Virus record (IMG/VR): IMGVR_UViG_3300030372_002142 | Location: 1 to 43,728 of that record | Length of the DNA: 43,728 nucleotides | DNA from: a virus | Lineage: Duplodnaviria > Caudoviricetes | Reading direction: 5' to 3' (one strand) | Shown here: positions 1-9,449 of the stretch, piece after piece | How positions within the stretch are numbered: position 1 is the first letter of the stretch | How the letters are laid out: the number at the start of each line of letters is the position of its first letter | Translations under genes and position numbers: made by a program | Notes under the pieces: model-generated | Seen by the model: only the letters and a program-made list of their open reading frames with translations | Told to the model about the DNA's origin: nothing | Databases searched by the model: none

Positions 1-98
1 TCAAAGTCAGATTTAACTTGAGCAACGCCTCTAGCGGTTCCTGCAAGAGCGGTTAGGCTCATAATCTCTTGTGCAAAACTTGCCTTTGTTAACGGCTT
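1..98. repeat. Terminal overlap, copy 1 (circular assembly)
   Basis: 1-98 is identical to 43630-43727; only the last base, 43728, differs from base 99. A reading frame continues through the junction. Confidence 0.95.
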
Positions 99-2126
99 GT
101 TTGCCGCTGCAAGCCTGCTCTCTATAAACTCGTAAGGGTAACCACTATTAGTTGCCATGTCGTCCATGTCATCTAAAGCATCAGCAGCAGCCTTCAGATT
201 ACGGAGGTCCGTAAGCGGAGGCTGTTGTTTATAATCGGGAGGCTTAGGAGATGGTACTGTAGCGCGGTTTTTATTTATAGCATCTGCGACTGCTTTAAGA
301 GTTGGCCCCTCCTTAGTCCAAAAAGCAGCCTTATCTTTCATAACTGCATCTACTTCTGCAGGAGCAGCGCCTAGAGCAGTTGCGATTACTCTTCTATTCA
401 CCTTGCTGTCTTCAAGAGGAATAGTGTCTTTCACTAACCCGGCTGCAATAGCAACCTGATAGTCGTACTTATACTCACCCATTGGCCCAGTCTCAGCCAT
501 CTTTCTTGCGATTAAAAGGTTGGCGACAGCCTGCTCTACAACAAGGTTGTCAGCAACTTTTCCTGTGCGCCCAAAAACCTCTTTTCGTACTCTAACAACC
601 TCTTCCGCAATAGCGACAGAATGATCTCGGATAACATTTTCTACTTCGGACCCCGGAAAGCCCATACGCTTTAGCGCTGTGGGCAGGCTAAAGTTACTCT
701 TGATGTCCCCTAGCTTCTGTTCCAAGACAGTTGCTTTAGCCTGAAAAGCGGTAAGCTGTTCTCTGCTGACAAAACGACCAACTCCCCGCGCTTGGCCGTT
801 TGGGCCTGTAGCAGAATTGTTTATTAGTTGAATGTAGTCTTCAGGGCTTGTTCTAGCCAAACGGGTCATATACCGGTCTACAGGATCGTTCTGTAGGCCT
901 CCGCCGTTCTGTACATGCTCCATCTCTTGTCGGTTCTGACGGACACTTGCAACCCTGTCGATGCTCTGCAGAAGAAAAGCCTGAGCAACCTTGGGGTTTT
1001 GAGTAATAAGGTTGGGAATGTCCCTCATCGTAATAGGTATACCAGACGCCTCTTTAGCAAACGCAGCTTGTAACTCTGCATCTGTAACAGAAGTAAGCTC
1101 AGCAGCCCTAATCTTTAAGTGCCGAGTTAACTGGGTGGTCAGCCTAGCAATCTTATTTACATCTTTTTTACCTGCAGCTTGCACTGCCTTTAGCAGGTCT
1201 GCAGTTTTGTAGTTGGGGGGCAACCCCGCAAGAACCGTACCGAAATCAGCCTGCCCTCTAATTTCTTCTTGGAAGGGAAGAACCTTAGCTTGCAGCGTTG
1301 CGGCAGTCGGGGTGCCTGCAAGGATACCTTTATCTTTTGTATACGTATCAACAAGCTCAGCCGCCTTGGCAAAGTTGCCTCTAGAGATAAGCTCGTCAAA
1401 AACTTTTGAGATAACGAGTGTCTGCTGCTCCTGAACTAGAAGAGCAATTTGCTTAGGGTCAGTAATTCCTCCCTGCTTAGCCATGCCTATGGTACGGTCT
1501 GTAACAGAAGTGGTAACTTTTCCTAGCGCAGTGTCAAGAACCCCTTTGTTAAATCCAGCATCCGTTACCCCTTGAACAGCGCTAAGAGTAGCAGCACCAA
1601 TAGTTGCCGCGACAGTTTGCTTCTGGACGAGCTTCCGCGCCTCTAACCCTTGAACAAAAGCGTCTTTAGTAAATTTTGTCTGGCTGGCTGCTATGGCAAT
1701 GTCCGCAACCTCGCCTCCTGTAGCGGTGGCAAACTGGTAGTTGGAACGAATGTTTTTTAAGTCTTGCTGATACTGCTGCTCTAAACTGTAGCCGCCTCCC
1801 ATCTGGCTGGAGTGCGTACCAGAGAGCATGTCTAAGCGTTCCTGCCCTTCGACACCCTTTATTTGTTTCTGGTAGTCAGCAGTACGCGCATCAATCTCTG
1901 CCTGCATTTTGAGACTGGAAACCTTGTCGTCTGCTTTGTTCATGGCGTCAAGGTCAGCGCCTAAAGTAGAAAGCGCTTGTCCAAGCTGAGCGGGAGTGTT
2001 AGCAGCCCCGCCGCCAAACATCTCAATAGAGGTACTTAACCGCTGGAAAGGTTGAGGTGTAAAACCTGTCTTGACTGTTCCTACGGCCTGCCCCGGTGCT
2101 GCTACTGTTGTAATACGACTAGCCAT
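1..2126 (-). CDS. Internal virion (ejection) protein, ~716 aa, spans the circular junction and ends at 43605
   Basis: Not in the ORF track. ATG at 2126 overlaps the upstream TAA (MASRITTVAAPGQAVG...). The frame is open in the stretches I translated and continues across the junction to ...DFEKWLKGTP* (TAA 43605-43607). It lies between the small internal virion protein and the giant protein. Confidence 0.8.
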   Translation of the reverse strand, partial: MASRITTVAAPGQAVGTVKTGFTPQPFQRLSTSIEMFGGGAANTPAQLGQALSTLGADLDAMNKADDKVSSLKMQAEIDARTADYQKQIKGVEGQERLDMLSGTHSSQMGGGYSLEQQYQQDLKNIRSNYQFATATGGEVADIAIAASQTKFTKDAFVQGLEARKLVQKQTVAATIGAATLSAVQGVTDAGFNKGVLDTALGKVTTSVTDRTIGMAKQGGITDPKQIALLVQEQQTLVISKVFDELISRGNFAKAAELVDTYTKDKGILAGTPTAATLQAKVLPFQEEIRGQADFGTVLAGLPPNYKTADLLKAVQAAGKKDVNKIARLTTQLTRHLKIRAAELTSVTDAELQAAFAKEASGIPITMRDIPNLITQNPKVAQAFLLQSIDRVASVRQNRQEMEHVQNGGGLQNDPVDRYMTRLARTSPEDYIQLINNSATGPNGQARGVGRFVSREQLTAFQAKATVLEQKLGDIKSNFSLPTALKRMGFPGSEVENVIRDHSVAIAEEVVRVRKEVFGRTGKVADNLVVEQAVANLLIARKMAETGPMGEYKYDYQVAIAAGLVKDTIPLEDSKVNRRVIATALGAAPAEVDAVMKDKAAFWTKEGPTLKAVADAINKNRATVPSPKPPDYKQQPPLTDLRNLKAAADALDDMDDMATNSGYPYEFIESRLAAANKPLTKASFAQEIMSLTALAGTARGVAQVKSDF

Positions 2127-2641
2127 TATGACCACCAATTCGCTTCTTTACCCGCTGACGCAATTTTACCTGCGCTACCAAGCAAAGTGCCAGCGGCAGC
2201 CATAAACGGGCTATAGCTGCTTGCCTCTAGACGGTTAAGCCCCGCTTGGGCTTGATAGTTAATCCCTTGTATTTCGGCAGAGCGCGCTTCTTGCTCGTAA
2301 TTATCGCTCAACTTTAAGATGTCGTACTCGCCTATTTCCATGATGTCCTGCTGAATAAGGGAGTAGGTGCTGTCTGCCGTATCGTCTACAAGAAGGCCTC
2401 TCCCACCCATAGTAGCGCGTGCAGAACTCTTTGTGTCCCCAACCCGACGACGCTGCTCACTTAGCGCTTGCTCTTTGTTCTGGCGGATACGATCTGCGTT
2501 CTGCTGAGCGATGACTGCGTTGTTCTCGGCTACCTGCGCCTGATACCGCGCCTGAGCCTGAGCAGCTTGGGCCTGCTGGTACGCCCCCATAACGCTTACG
2601 GCGGTACTGGCCACAGTAGCTACAGCGGTTGTAACAGCCAT
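2126..2641 (-). CDS. Small internal virion protein (T7 gp14/Bbp11-like position)
   Basis: Hydrophobic Ala/Thr N-terminus, Q/A-rich coiled coil, hydrophobic Gly-rich C-terminus; follows the nozzle and GNAT genes. Confidence 0.7.
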   Translation of the reverse strand: MAVTTAVATVASTAVSVMGAYQQAQAAQAQARYQAQVAENNAVIAQQNADRIRQNKEQALSEQRRRVGDTKSSARATMGGRGLLVDDTADSTYSLIQQDIMEIGEYDILKLSDNYEQEARSAEIQGINYQAQAGLNRLEASSYSPFMAAAGTLLGSAGKIASAGKEANWWS

Positions 2642-3090
2642 TACCTCAGCCCCTTTGCGTAAACACGTTCAATAGGTTGATACCCCATTCTTTCAAAAAT
2701 TTTACCAACATCAAAATGTAATTTTACTTTGTTAATTACCTTAGTCACCCCTTTGCCCCGCAAGGCTGCCTCAGCGTGTTTAAACATCTTTAAACCAGCG
2801 CTTCCTTTTCTATGTTGAGGAGAAAGCCAGAATAAATCCCCTTCAGCAAAAACTTCGTCAACGTAATGCAAGGAGCGGGAAATAAGGTACACAACATATC
2901 CTACTAGCTCCCCCTCTTGCCGAACGGTAGTAATGTGTAACTTGTCGTGGTCCTGCATAAATTTGTAGACATCCCAATCGGGGCTCAATTTTACAGTATC
3001 CTTGTCTAGAGCTATCTGCTCCCAATGCTCGCAGAGCAACGGGGCAACTTCTCCCATAACGTCGTATAGACTTTCTGTTGCAAATTGCAT
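2641..3090 (-). CDS. GNAT-family acetyltransferase-like protein
   Basis: Acetyl-CoA motif LSPQHRKGSAG and C-terminal FERMGY; usual position after the podophage nozzle gene. Confidence 0.75.
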   Translation of the reverse strand: MQFATESLYDVMGEVAPLLCEHWEQIALDKDTVKLSPDWDVYKFMQDHDKLHITTVRQEGELVGYVVYLISRSLHYVDEVFAEGDLFWLSPQHRKGSAGLKMFKHAEAALRGKGVTKVINKVKLHFDVGKIFERMGYQPIERVYAKGLR

Positions 3091-5876
3091 CAGTTCCCCC
3101 CTACGACAACGTCAGGGACAAGAGCGAGCAGGGTCATCGGCAGTGGGTCACGCTGCTGAACGACAATCTGACCGTCCTTGTTCCAGCTAGGGCTAAGGGT
3201 GATCGCCTTGTCGTCTGTAATGAACTCAGGCGGCTGTCCGTATAAGGCAACAAGGCCGTACTTCATTTCGCGCATATGATCGCGATCTGGCCCTACCCAT
3301 CCGCCTAATGTTCTTTCAAATCTTAGCGTCAATTTGCTAATCTTCTTATTGCGCCCCTGAATGGTGTCAGCAGTGTTGCCGTTGTCCAGTCTAAGGCTCT
3401 CTACTTCTGCCGTGTAGGGAAGCCCTATGTGTATGCGACTAGACGCATCAGACAAAGTAACCTTGCCGCTGGCTACCGTCAAATCTCTGACCACATACCC
3501 GTTAGCAAGCGCAACGACGCTCTCCCCCTCAAGATGCCACAGTCCGCTGATCTCGCTAACTTGCTTACGGACTTGGCCGCCAGAGTGATAAACTTTGAAA
3601 GATGAGCCGTTGACGTTGGCGCTGTTGTTCTGAAGCTCAAAAGTATGGGTAGTCTTGTTGGCAACAGTGTATCCCGTGCCTTCAATCTCAGTGTCGTAAG
3701 CCCAGCCCCTTGTCTCGGTGCTGTCTACAACCTTGATCCCGGTTATGTCTACCTTGTCCCCGTTTTCAAACCCGTGACTTGAAGCGGTTACGACAATCGG
3801 GCTGGCGTTCGTAAATCCTGTGATTGTAACAGGGGTGTCATACGTCAGCCCACTATCTACAAAGAACGCATCTTGAACGTCCGTAAAGTCTCTGGAGGAC
3901 ATGCGCTCAACGTACTGGGTTGTGCGCGTGCCAATTTTTCTCTCCACAACAAAATAACTAAAATCGTCGTCCCCCTCTCGAACAGAAGCTACGCTTTTAA
4001 AATCACCTTTTGTTACATGACGGGTCCACCCAAACACCTGCTGCTCCCGAGAGTAGGTTAGGCAAAGCATGACGCCGTCGTCTCTCGTCGTCCAGATCAG
4101 GCTGTAAGGGGCTTGGGCAAAACTCCAGTCTGTAATTGTGTTATAGTCAAGAAGGTGGCGAGCCAGTATCGAAACGTCGTTACCTTTATAACTGTCAGTG
4201 GAAAACTCGTAACCAAGATCGCGAACGGTCTGACCCGGCTGTACAAACAACACAATGTCGCCAGCTACAATCGGCTGGACTTCTGTAGCGCCAAAGTACG
4301 ATTGGGGTTTGGCCTGAATACCTGAAGGCGTGATAACATCGTCCACGCCTGAAATAATCCATTCTCCCCCTGACGTTAACACAATCAAATCCGACAGGCT
4401 GACGAAATGGCGTATCTCGTTTACCTGTCTAGAGGATAGGGTCACCGTTATAGCGTCGTCGTCACGCGCAGGGCTAGAGACAGACAAGTTTGAAAAGTGT
4501 CCTGTCTGTGTCATGTATATTCGTTGGGGGTGCGTGTTAGAATTTCCAAACAGCTTCCGTTGCTGATAATACCCTGCAGTGCTTGGATATGTGTCGGTCC
4601 CGGTAAAAGGGTTACGGGTTCTCGGAGGCGTGTCTGTGGTATCGGGAGCGACGTTGCTGTCCGTAAATGACGTGTCCTCCGTCCTTCCAATAAAACCAAA
4701 CAACCCATTTTTTTCTCGGTAAACATTGTAACTCTCTGCGTCTGCCGCTGCTGTCCAAGCAACAGTGTTGTCCCTAGTCTCGTGAGAGTTAGTCACTTTG
4801 ACAAACATCTGGTTTGCCGTCCCGCCAGAAGTGTACGTTGTGAAGTTTGTTGTGTTGACGTTAGCTCCAGTCGTGTCGGTCAAATTAAATGTGTTTGTCG
4901 TCACACCTGCAGCCTTATAAACCTCGTTATTAACCTCAACCATGCCTCCAACAGATTGAATGTAGACTTCATCTCCATCCGAAAATCCATGCGAGCTGCT
5001 CGTTACCACACCCGGATCAGCTTTGGTAATTGCCGTAATGCTTTTCGCTGTACTGTTCAGCCCTCGCAAGCTCTCCTCAGCAGTGTCCCTATTAACAGCC
5101 GTAACGACGTAACGATCCGTTTCGCTGCCCGTGCTGTTAACGGTCACGCCTATCCCTGTAGGGAACGCCTGTTCAGGCTGGAACTCAATAACCGACAACG
5201 TCCAAGCGTCGTGATTTGTACGAGCTAGATTGCGCTGCTCATAGGTTGGGTGTGTGAGCGTCATCACATCTGCTGTCTGGACATACTTTATATCAAACAG
5301 ATCAGCAGCGGCATAAGGGGTGACAATCTCAAACACTTTGGACACCGTGCCGCCAGAGGAGTAGGCCGTGTAAGCAGCGCTACTAATCGCAGTGCCATCA
5401 AAATCGGTAAGCTGGAAAGTGTTTGTTGTTTTGTTAGATACGCGAAATGTCCGCTGGTTAAGCTGGGTCATACCAACAATACCGCTTATGAAAACGTCAT
5501 CCCCGTCAGAAAATGGATGCCCCGTACAAGTCAAGACCGCCGGGGCGGCAACAGTGATGCCATTGACACTATCCGTCACTGACGTGGACAGCACCTGTCC
5601 CCCGTCCTTATAGACCCTCATGTACTGGTGACCGAACTCCAGTATGTAAGTTTGCGTCGTATTGAACTCGAAAGGGATTAGCCTAACTGTGTTCGCCGGG
5701 GTTTTCGCCTCTGCAATGAATTGCAGACCAGTCCGACTGCTCAGGCCGCCATGAACCTGTACAAACATATTCTCCGCTTTAGCAACGGATGTCTTATACT
5801 TGTCAATGTCAACGCGAGCGGATACGGCGTCTGATACCTCCCCGCCTGCGAAATTGGCCTGAATAACCTTGGTCAT
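3090..5876 (-). CDS. Tail tubular protein B / nozzle
   Basis: N-terminus QANFAGGEVS, RLIPFEFN..YILEFG, YPS..YYQQR, C-terminal QRDPLPMTLLA; follows tail tubular A. Confidence 0.9.
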   Translation of the reverse strand: MTKVIQANFAGGEVSDAVSARVDIDKYKTSVAKAENMFVQVHGGLSSRTGLQFIAEAKTPANTVRLIPFEFNTTQTYILEFGHQYMRVYKDGGQVLSTSVTDSVNGITVAAPAVLTCTGHPFSDGDDVFISGIVGMTQLNQRTFRVSNKTTNTFQLTDFDGTAISSAAYTAYSSGGTVSKVFEIVTPYAAADLFDIKYVQTADVMTLTHPTYEQRNLARTNHDAWTLSVIEFQPEQAFPTGIGVTVNSTGSETDRYVVTAVNRDTAEESLRGLNSTAKSITAITKADPGVVTSSSHGFSDGDEVYIQSVGGMVEVNNEVYKAAGVTTNTFNLTDTTGANVNTTNFTTYTSGGTANQMFVKVTNSHETRDNTVAWTAAADAESYNVYREKNGLFGFIGRTEDTSFTDSNVAPDTTDTPPRTRNPFTGTDTYPSTAGYYQQRKLFGNSNTHPQRIYMTQTGHFSNLSVSSPARDDDAITVTLSSRQVNEIRHFVSLSDLIVLTSGGEWIISGVDDVITPSGIQAKPQSYFGATEVQPIVAGDIVLFVQPGQTVRDLGYEFSTDSYKGNDVSILARHLLDYNTITDWSFAQAPYSLIWTTRDDGVMLCLTYSREQQVFGWTRHVTKGDFKSVASVREGDDDFSYFVVERKIGTRTTQYVERMSSRDFTDVQDAFFVDSGLTYDTPVTITGFTNASPIVVTASSHGFENGDKVDITGIKVVDSTETRGWAYDTEIEGTGYTVANKTTHTFELQNNSANVNGSSFKVYHSGGQVRKQVSEISGLWHLEGESVVALANGYVVRDLTVASGKVTLSDASSRIHIGLPYTAEVESLRLDNGNTADTIQGRNKKISKLTLRFERTLGGWVGPDRDHMREMKYGLVALYGQPPEFITDDKAITLSPSWNKDGQIVVQQRDPLPMTLLALVPDVVVGGN

Positions 5877-6520
5877 GTATTGGTTGCCGTAAATGTATTG
5901 ACGTTAGTAACCACCCCTGTCCGCGCTCTAATCCAGTCAGCATCTGGGGCGCTTTCTTCAACGCCTTCGTTGCTATCAGTTTCCCAAGCGCTGTTAATAT
6001 GGTTCCGCGCCTCTGCCATAAGGTCACCCGCAATAGACCTCTCCCCTGTCAGGGGCATAGCCATCTTAGATGCCAGCGCGTAACTGAACGCCATTGTAAA
6101 CTCAGGATCAAAATCCGTAGGGTCAGTAATCCGAGCGGTGTAAAAAATTTCTGCGTCTTCCACGCTGCATAAAATTACCCTCTCATCACTGGCGTTCCTT
6201 GCAACCTCAAACTTGATTGCAGGTTGATCGTCCCCAAGAGGATTGATAATGCCGCCCATGCGAAGGGCATCTGGCGGATACAGATACATGCGTTCCCAGT
6301 TACCGGGGACAGCAGTAGTACCGCTTCCTGTCAACTCAGCAGGGGTTGCGTACTTCTTGGCAAAGTTCCACGGGTGCTGACGCAGCAACCAGTCTCTTGT
6401 GTCTTCAAAGATCAGGTTGACCTGCTCTGCCTCAACAGTTGCCTCGCTGAGGTCACTAATATCGTAGCGGTCCCCAAGGTGCTGAAGGGCCAGCTTGGCA
6501 ATCTGTACTTGGCTTGCCAT
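5873..6520 (-). CDS. Tail tubular protein A / adaptor
   Basis: S.VQIAKLAL.HLG, LLRQHPWNFA, YLYPPDALR and FDPEF motifs; synteny. Confidence 0.85.
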   Translation of the reverse strand: MASQVQIAKLALQHLGDRYDISDLSEATVEAEQVNLIFEDTRDWLLRQHPWNFAKKYATPAELTGSGTTAVPGNWERMYLYPPDALRMGGIINPLGDDQPAIKFEVARNASDERVILCSVEDAEIFYTARITDPTDFDPEFTMAFSYALASKMAMPLTGERSIAGDLMAEARNHINSAWETDSNEGVEESAPDADWIRARTGVVTNVNTFTATNT

Positions 6521-6802
6521 TTAGCTGGCTTTCTTTTTGGCCGTCTTGCGTTTGGCCCTTGGCTTCTTGCCGCCCTCCCACGCCTCATTGACATCTGGTG
6601 TAGCGGGGTCATCGCCTTTGAGAGTGCCGTCCTCATTACGAGCGCGAACGGCTGCTGTTGGGGCAGCTACAAAGGGCTTCCCGTCAATACTGATAATGTC
6701 CTGAGTGGGCAATACAACTGTGTCCGCAATGTCGTAAGTTTCATGCGCTTTGTAGCGACGACTTCCATCGAAGAAGTCCTCTCTAAAAATAACTTGAGGC
6801 AT
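6521..6802 (-). CDS. Hypothetical virion-associated protein
   Basis: AGGAGG RBS; RARNEDG..GDDPATPDVNEAW motif; basic C-tail. Confidence 0.7.
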   Translation of the reverse strand: MPQVIFREDFFDGSRRYKAHETYDIADTVVLPTQDIISIDGKPFVAAPTAAVRARNEDGTLKGDDPATPDVNEAWEGGKKPRAKRKTAKKKAS

Positions 6803-6821
6803 GTGTTCCTCCTAGCAAAGT

Positions 6822-6847
6822 AGGGGAAGGCACAAGTGCCTCCCCCT
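6822..6847 (-). terminator. Stem-loop after capsid/cement genes (probable partial terminator)
   Basis: Minus strand AGGGGGAGGCAC-TT-GTGCCTTCCCCT followed by a weak ACTTT tail. Confidence 0.55.
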
Positions 6848-6858
6848 GTTTGGGCCAC

Positions 6859-7305
6859 TTAGTTAGTGGCGTCCGGGTATGACTTCCAACCCTTCGGATC
6901 AAGCGTCAGGAAGGCGTTAATTTTTCCTGCCGTAAGAGCCGCTGTGCCAGTTGTGGTCAAAATTCCGAGATACCGCTCATAAGTGCCAAGCGGTACTGGA
7001 GTAATGATTTCGTAACCAGCTACGAGGGTGGCTTTCGCGATGGCGGAAGACGAGTAATGGTAGCTCGCAGAACCGTCCGTTGCTATAGCCGCCGCCGCAT
7101 CAGATGCGAGGTGGAATTGAACCGTAGCAGAGCCGCCTGAAGTAACAGTCGTGTCCACTTGGATCACGAGGTACACAGGTTGACCATTGCCAAGGTCGGG
7201 TGTCGTTGCGCCAAGGTCTATCACGTCCCCAATTAGGTCGGTGTCAGTCCCTGACGTGTCGAGTGCAGTAGCGTCTGCAAACTCATTAAATTCGTCCAAA
7301 ATCAT
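6859..7305 (-). CDS. Capsid cement/decoration protein (Bbp16-like)
   Basis: MILD...F, DVIDLG, YERYLG, GKINAFLT pattern, directly after the capsid gene. Confidence 0.85.
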   Translation of the reverse strand: MILDEFNEFADATALDTSGTDTDLIGDVIDLGATTPDLGNGQPVYLVIQVDTTVTSGGSATVQFHLASDAAAAIATDGSASYHYSSSAIAKATLVAGYEIITPVPLGTYERYLGILTTTGTAALTAGKINAFLTLDPKGWKSYPDATN

Positions 7306-7343
7306 AGCTATCTCCTATATCTGGACAGTTAAAGGGACGCCGA

Positions 7344-8345
7344 TTAAGTGATACGGGCTTCGTTAGTACGCAACGCATCACAACGACGGATGGGTAACCC
7401 GCCCCATGATGTTTGCATCGTACCACCAACCATATCGACTGACAGTGTCGAGTTCTTGACACCATCCGAAGATTGACGACGCAAGAAGGACATGACCTGC
7501 TTGTCCATGTACCAAGCGCAACGTCCTGCCGAAGTGCTTGGCAGTTCCGTCCATGCTTGGTGCATAATGTCGTTCAGATCGGCAGAACTACCCGACTTGT
7601 CGGCGGTTAGTTCAGAGCGATCAATGTTGCAAACGCGAACGAGGTAGCGCCAATCGCGAACCGTGAGGCCCACGTCCCAGCGATAGTGCGTCCGATACGC
7701 TTGCATACGACCATTCGAGCCATCAATATTTTCGATGGTTACTTCACCAAGGTCACGCTGTTGAACACCGGCTTTGGAGCCTTTGGGAATAATACCGTGA
7801 CAGGTATTTGGTCCCCAGCAGATCAGCCAAATTGAAGCGTTGTCCGAGCCAGTGCCGCCAGCGTCAACAATGTTGTCTGCATTAGAAGAAGACAAGCTGT
7901 TGTAGCGTGCAGCCAGACCCGTGAACTCTTCAGGTGCGGTGCTTTCATCGCCGTAGAACAGAGTAGACGCGAACTCTTGGTTCATGCCTTCAATGTGGGG
8001 GCGATCTTCTTGAAGACGGAAGGCAGCGGGGTCACCCGCCATGTCTACGAGAGCCTTATCGACTTCCGCATAGTCTTCCATCATTCCACAGTTGTCCGTC
8101 ACCTGTACGGCGCGGCTCTTCGTCGGCTGGACGCCGCCGTAGAGTTTACGCCAAGTTGGTGTCGGCAGACCTGAACGGATTGAAGTTCTATGGCCTGTAG
8201 TCAAGTTGCCTTCAAGAAAAGTCATGTCTTGAAGAATTTCGTTCGTGGAGTTGAGGATTTCCACAACGTCCGCGATAGACCCGTCTGGGTCCGTAACCTT
8301 CGCCAGATCGGCTAGGGTCGGGTTCTTCACACTGAGGGTTGCCAT
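7344..8345 (-). CDS. Major capsid protein (BPP-1/epsilon15-like)
   Basis: PTLADLAK, EGNLTTGHRT..RSGLP..TWRKLY.GV, DWRYLVRVCNID and IRRCDAL motifs. Confidence 0.95.
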   Translation of the reverse strand: MATLSVKNPTLADLAKVTDPDGSIADVVEILNSTNEILQDMTFLEGNLTTGHRTSIRSGLPTPTWRKLYGGVQPTKSRAVQVTDNCGMMEDYAEVDKALVDMAGDPAAFRLQEDRPHIEGMNQEFASTLFYGDESTAPEEFTGLAARYNSLSSSNADNIVDAGGTGSDNASIWLICWGPNTCHGIIPKGSKAGVQQRDLGEVTIENIDGSNGRMQAYRTHYRWDVGLTVRDWRYLVRVCNIDRSELTADKSGSSADLNDIMHQAWTELPSTSAGRCAWYMDKQVMSFLRRQSSDGVKNSTLSVDMVGGTMQTSWGGLPIRRCDALRTNEARIT

Positions 8346-8358
8346 TTCCTAGCTCTCC

Positions 8359-8994
8359 TTACCCTGCTTGTTGAAACATGCTGGGATACATACGCTCCAG
8401 AGCGGACGGACCTTCGACTTTACTGTCGCCGGTCACTAGGCTGCTTTCGCTTATAGATTTCCCAACTCTATAGAATAACCGTATCATTGCTGGATGGTTA
8501 CCAAGCCCAAGTCCATCAGGGTTCTCCACTGAAGGGGCAGCCATGATCTGTGCAAGATCATCATCCCCAAAAGTTTCAATTGCCCGTTTGGCTAATCCAA
8601 GATTTTCGTCCAACGCTTCGCCGCCGATAGTCTTGTCTGCCTTAGCCTCAGTGGCCCACTCAGCCACACGGTTGTTGTATTGATCGGACATAGCTTTGGC
8701 GGCGTCTGCCTGCCTCTGCAAGTCGTACTCAATTAGGGATTGGTATTGTGCTTGAGACAACTGCAACTCTTTTGCCGTGTCGGCAAATTGAGTTAGAGCC
8801 TCCTCATTCACTTCCATCCCTTCGGGAGCTTCAAACTTATATTCGTCTGGAACTCCGTCCTTCTCCTCACCCTCGTCACCCGACAGCAGGGTATCTGGAG
8901 CTTCTTCACCTGCAGCCGCTTCTGTAGCAGCCTCCACCAACGTCTCTTCGACAGGTGTCTCGGTAATCTCTTCGGTTACAGCTTCTTCAGCCAT
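8359..8994 (-). CDS. Capsid scaffolding protein
   Basis: Acidic N-terminus, PDEYKF, GLGNHPAMIR..G..ISE motif; immediately upstream of the capsid gene. Confidence 0.8.
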   Translation of the reverse strand: MAEEAVTEEITETPVEETLVEAATEAAAGEEAPDTLLSGDEGEEKDGVPDEYKFEAPEGMEVNEEALTQFADTAKELQLSQAQYQSLIEYDLQRQADAAKAMSDQYNNRVAEWATEAKADKTIGGEALDENLGLAKRAIETFGDDDLAQIMAAPSVENPDGLGLGNHPAMIRLFYRVGKSISESSLVTGDSKVEGPSALERMYPSMFQQAG

Positions 8995-9148
8995 CGTTCT
9001 CTCCTTCGTTGCTTGGCACTGCTACCTCTCCCGAGCAGCAGTCTCCGTCTGCTACGCATTTGCAATCTACGCATTGGTAATGCCCATGCACAAAAACCTT
9101 CGGCTTGTCGCATCCGCATACTAAACAGGTTCCCGCCACATCACTCAT
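8987..9148 (-). CDS. Small Cys/His-rich metal-binding protein (53 aa)
   Basis: Below the ORF-track cutoff: MSDVAGTCLVCGCDKPKVFVHGHYQCVDCKCVADGDCCSGEVAVPSNEGENDG. Overlaps both neighbours and fills the gap. Confidence 0.75.
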   Translation of the reverse strand: MSDVAGTCLVCGCDKPKVFVHGHYQCVDCKCVADGDCCSGEVAVPSNEGENDG

Positions 9149-9449
9149 CGAAGGCGTTCTCCTCTAGCATCCGCATGTACAGCTTAGGTTGCCTTTTGAC
9201 CTCGTCTAGAACTCTAGTACCCACTGACCGAGCGCCCTCGTTAAAAGCGGTTGCGTCAGATGACCCCGGTACAAAACTTTGGTTTTCAATGTGCGATAGC
9301 GTCGGCTCAAAGAGCAGGCGATACACCCAACGGCGGCCTCGCGGTTGAGACATGATGAAGTCAATGTCCTTCTCCACGTCCTCTTCTTCAAGCCGAGCCT
9401 GTCGGATTTGCTCCTTGTCAGACGCATCGTATACCTTTTGCGCGATCAT
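9141..9449 (-). CDS. Conserved head-module protein (Bbp19-like)
   Basis: D..FIMS.PRGRRWVYRLL and TAFNEG.RSVG motifs; follows the portal. Confidence 0.75.
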   Translation of the reverse strand: MIAQKVYDASDKEQIRQARLEEEDVEKDIDFIMSQPRGRRWVYRLLFEPTLSHIENQSFVPGSSDATAFNEGARSVGTRVLDEVKRQPKLYMRMLEENAFDE

